A DNA stretch of 64,000 nucleotides from Anaerolineales bacterium (GTDB lineage Bacteria; Chloroflexota; Anaerolineae; Anaerolineales; RBG-16-64-43): contig JBEKLP010000003.1 of assembly GCA_050010135.1 (NCBI GenBank), forward strand, positions 6,536-70,535, written 5' to 3'. Within the stretch, counting starts at the first letter, position 1; every line of letters starts with the position of its first letter. The notes below the pieces were generated by a model that did not search any database, was not told where the DNA came from, and worked only from the letters and a program-made list of their open reading frames with translations. Positions 63,999 through 64,000 of this stretch are shown one piece after another. Made by a program: the position numbers and the translations under genes.

Positions 63999-64000
63999 CC

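Overview
High-GC bacterial chromosomal segment. Gene content suggests a monoderm, Chloroflexota-like organism; that lineage call is inference only. About 60 genes are packed tightly, many with 4-nt ATGA/GTGA start-stop overlaps. All product names come from motifs I recognised by eye in the supplied translations; no database search was run.

Main blocks:
- DNA repair: sbcD-sbcC-mutY, and polA.
- Heat shock: hrcA-grpE-dnaK-dnaJ-prmA and groES-groEL. Each has a perfect CIRCE operator and a near-consensus sigma-70 promoter.
- Translation: infA, rpsU, tRNA-Leu(UAA).
- Energy metabolism: korAB, metF.
- A large set of cell-envelope genes: three YkuD L,D-transpeptidases, an Amidase_3, LysM, VanW, CapA-like, alr, pgeF-yggS-yggT-yggU, and a GT-C glycosyltransferase.

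I found no rRNA, CRISPR array, transposase, integrase or canonical defence system.

Most interesting candidates:
1. An eight-gene minus-strand operon in which a CcdA / TlpA-like / Trx-fold-DUF2085 thiol-redox module sits between a Tat-exported L,D-transpeptidase and pgeF-yggS-yggT-yggU.
2. A consensus promoter followed by a roughly 240-nt structured leader, with a terminator-like hairpin and an anti-SD-like tract, upstream of rpsU.
3. Two tandem pairs of paralogous secreted lipoproteins: CSLREA/beta-helix proteins sharing an unassigned C-terminal module, and NBR1-FW plus CBM9-like proteins.
4. A more A/T-rich locus (38.9-42.3 kb) with a decaying tandem duplicate, its intact paralog and a coupled lipoprotein of unknown function.
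5. A multiply disrupted HAD-hydrolase pseudogene still embedded in an operon.
6. A perfect 16-bp inverted repeat bracketing the sbcD-sbcC spacer.
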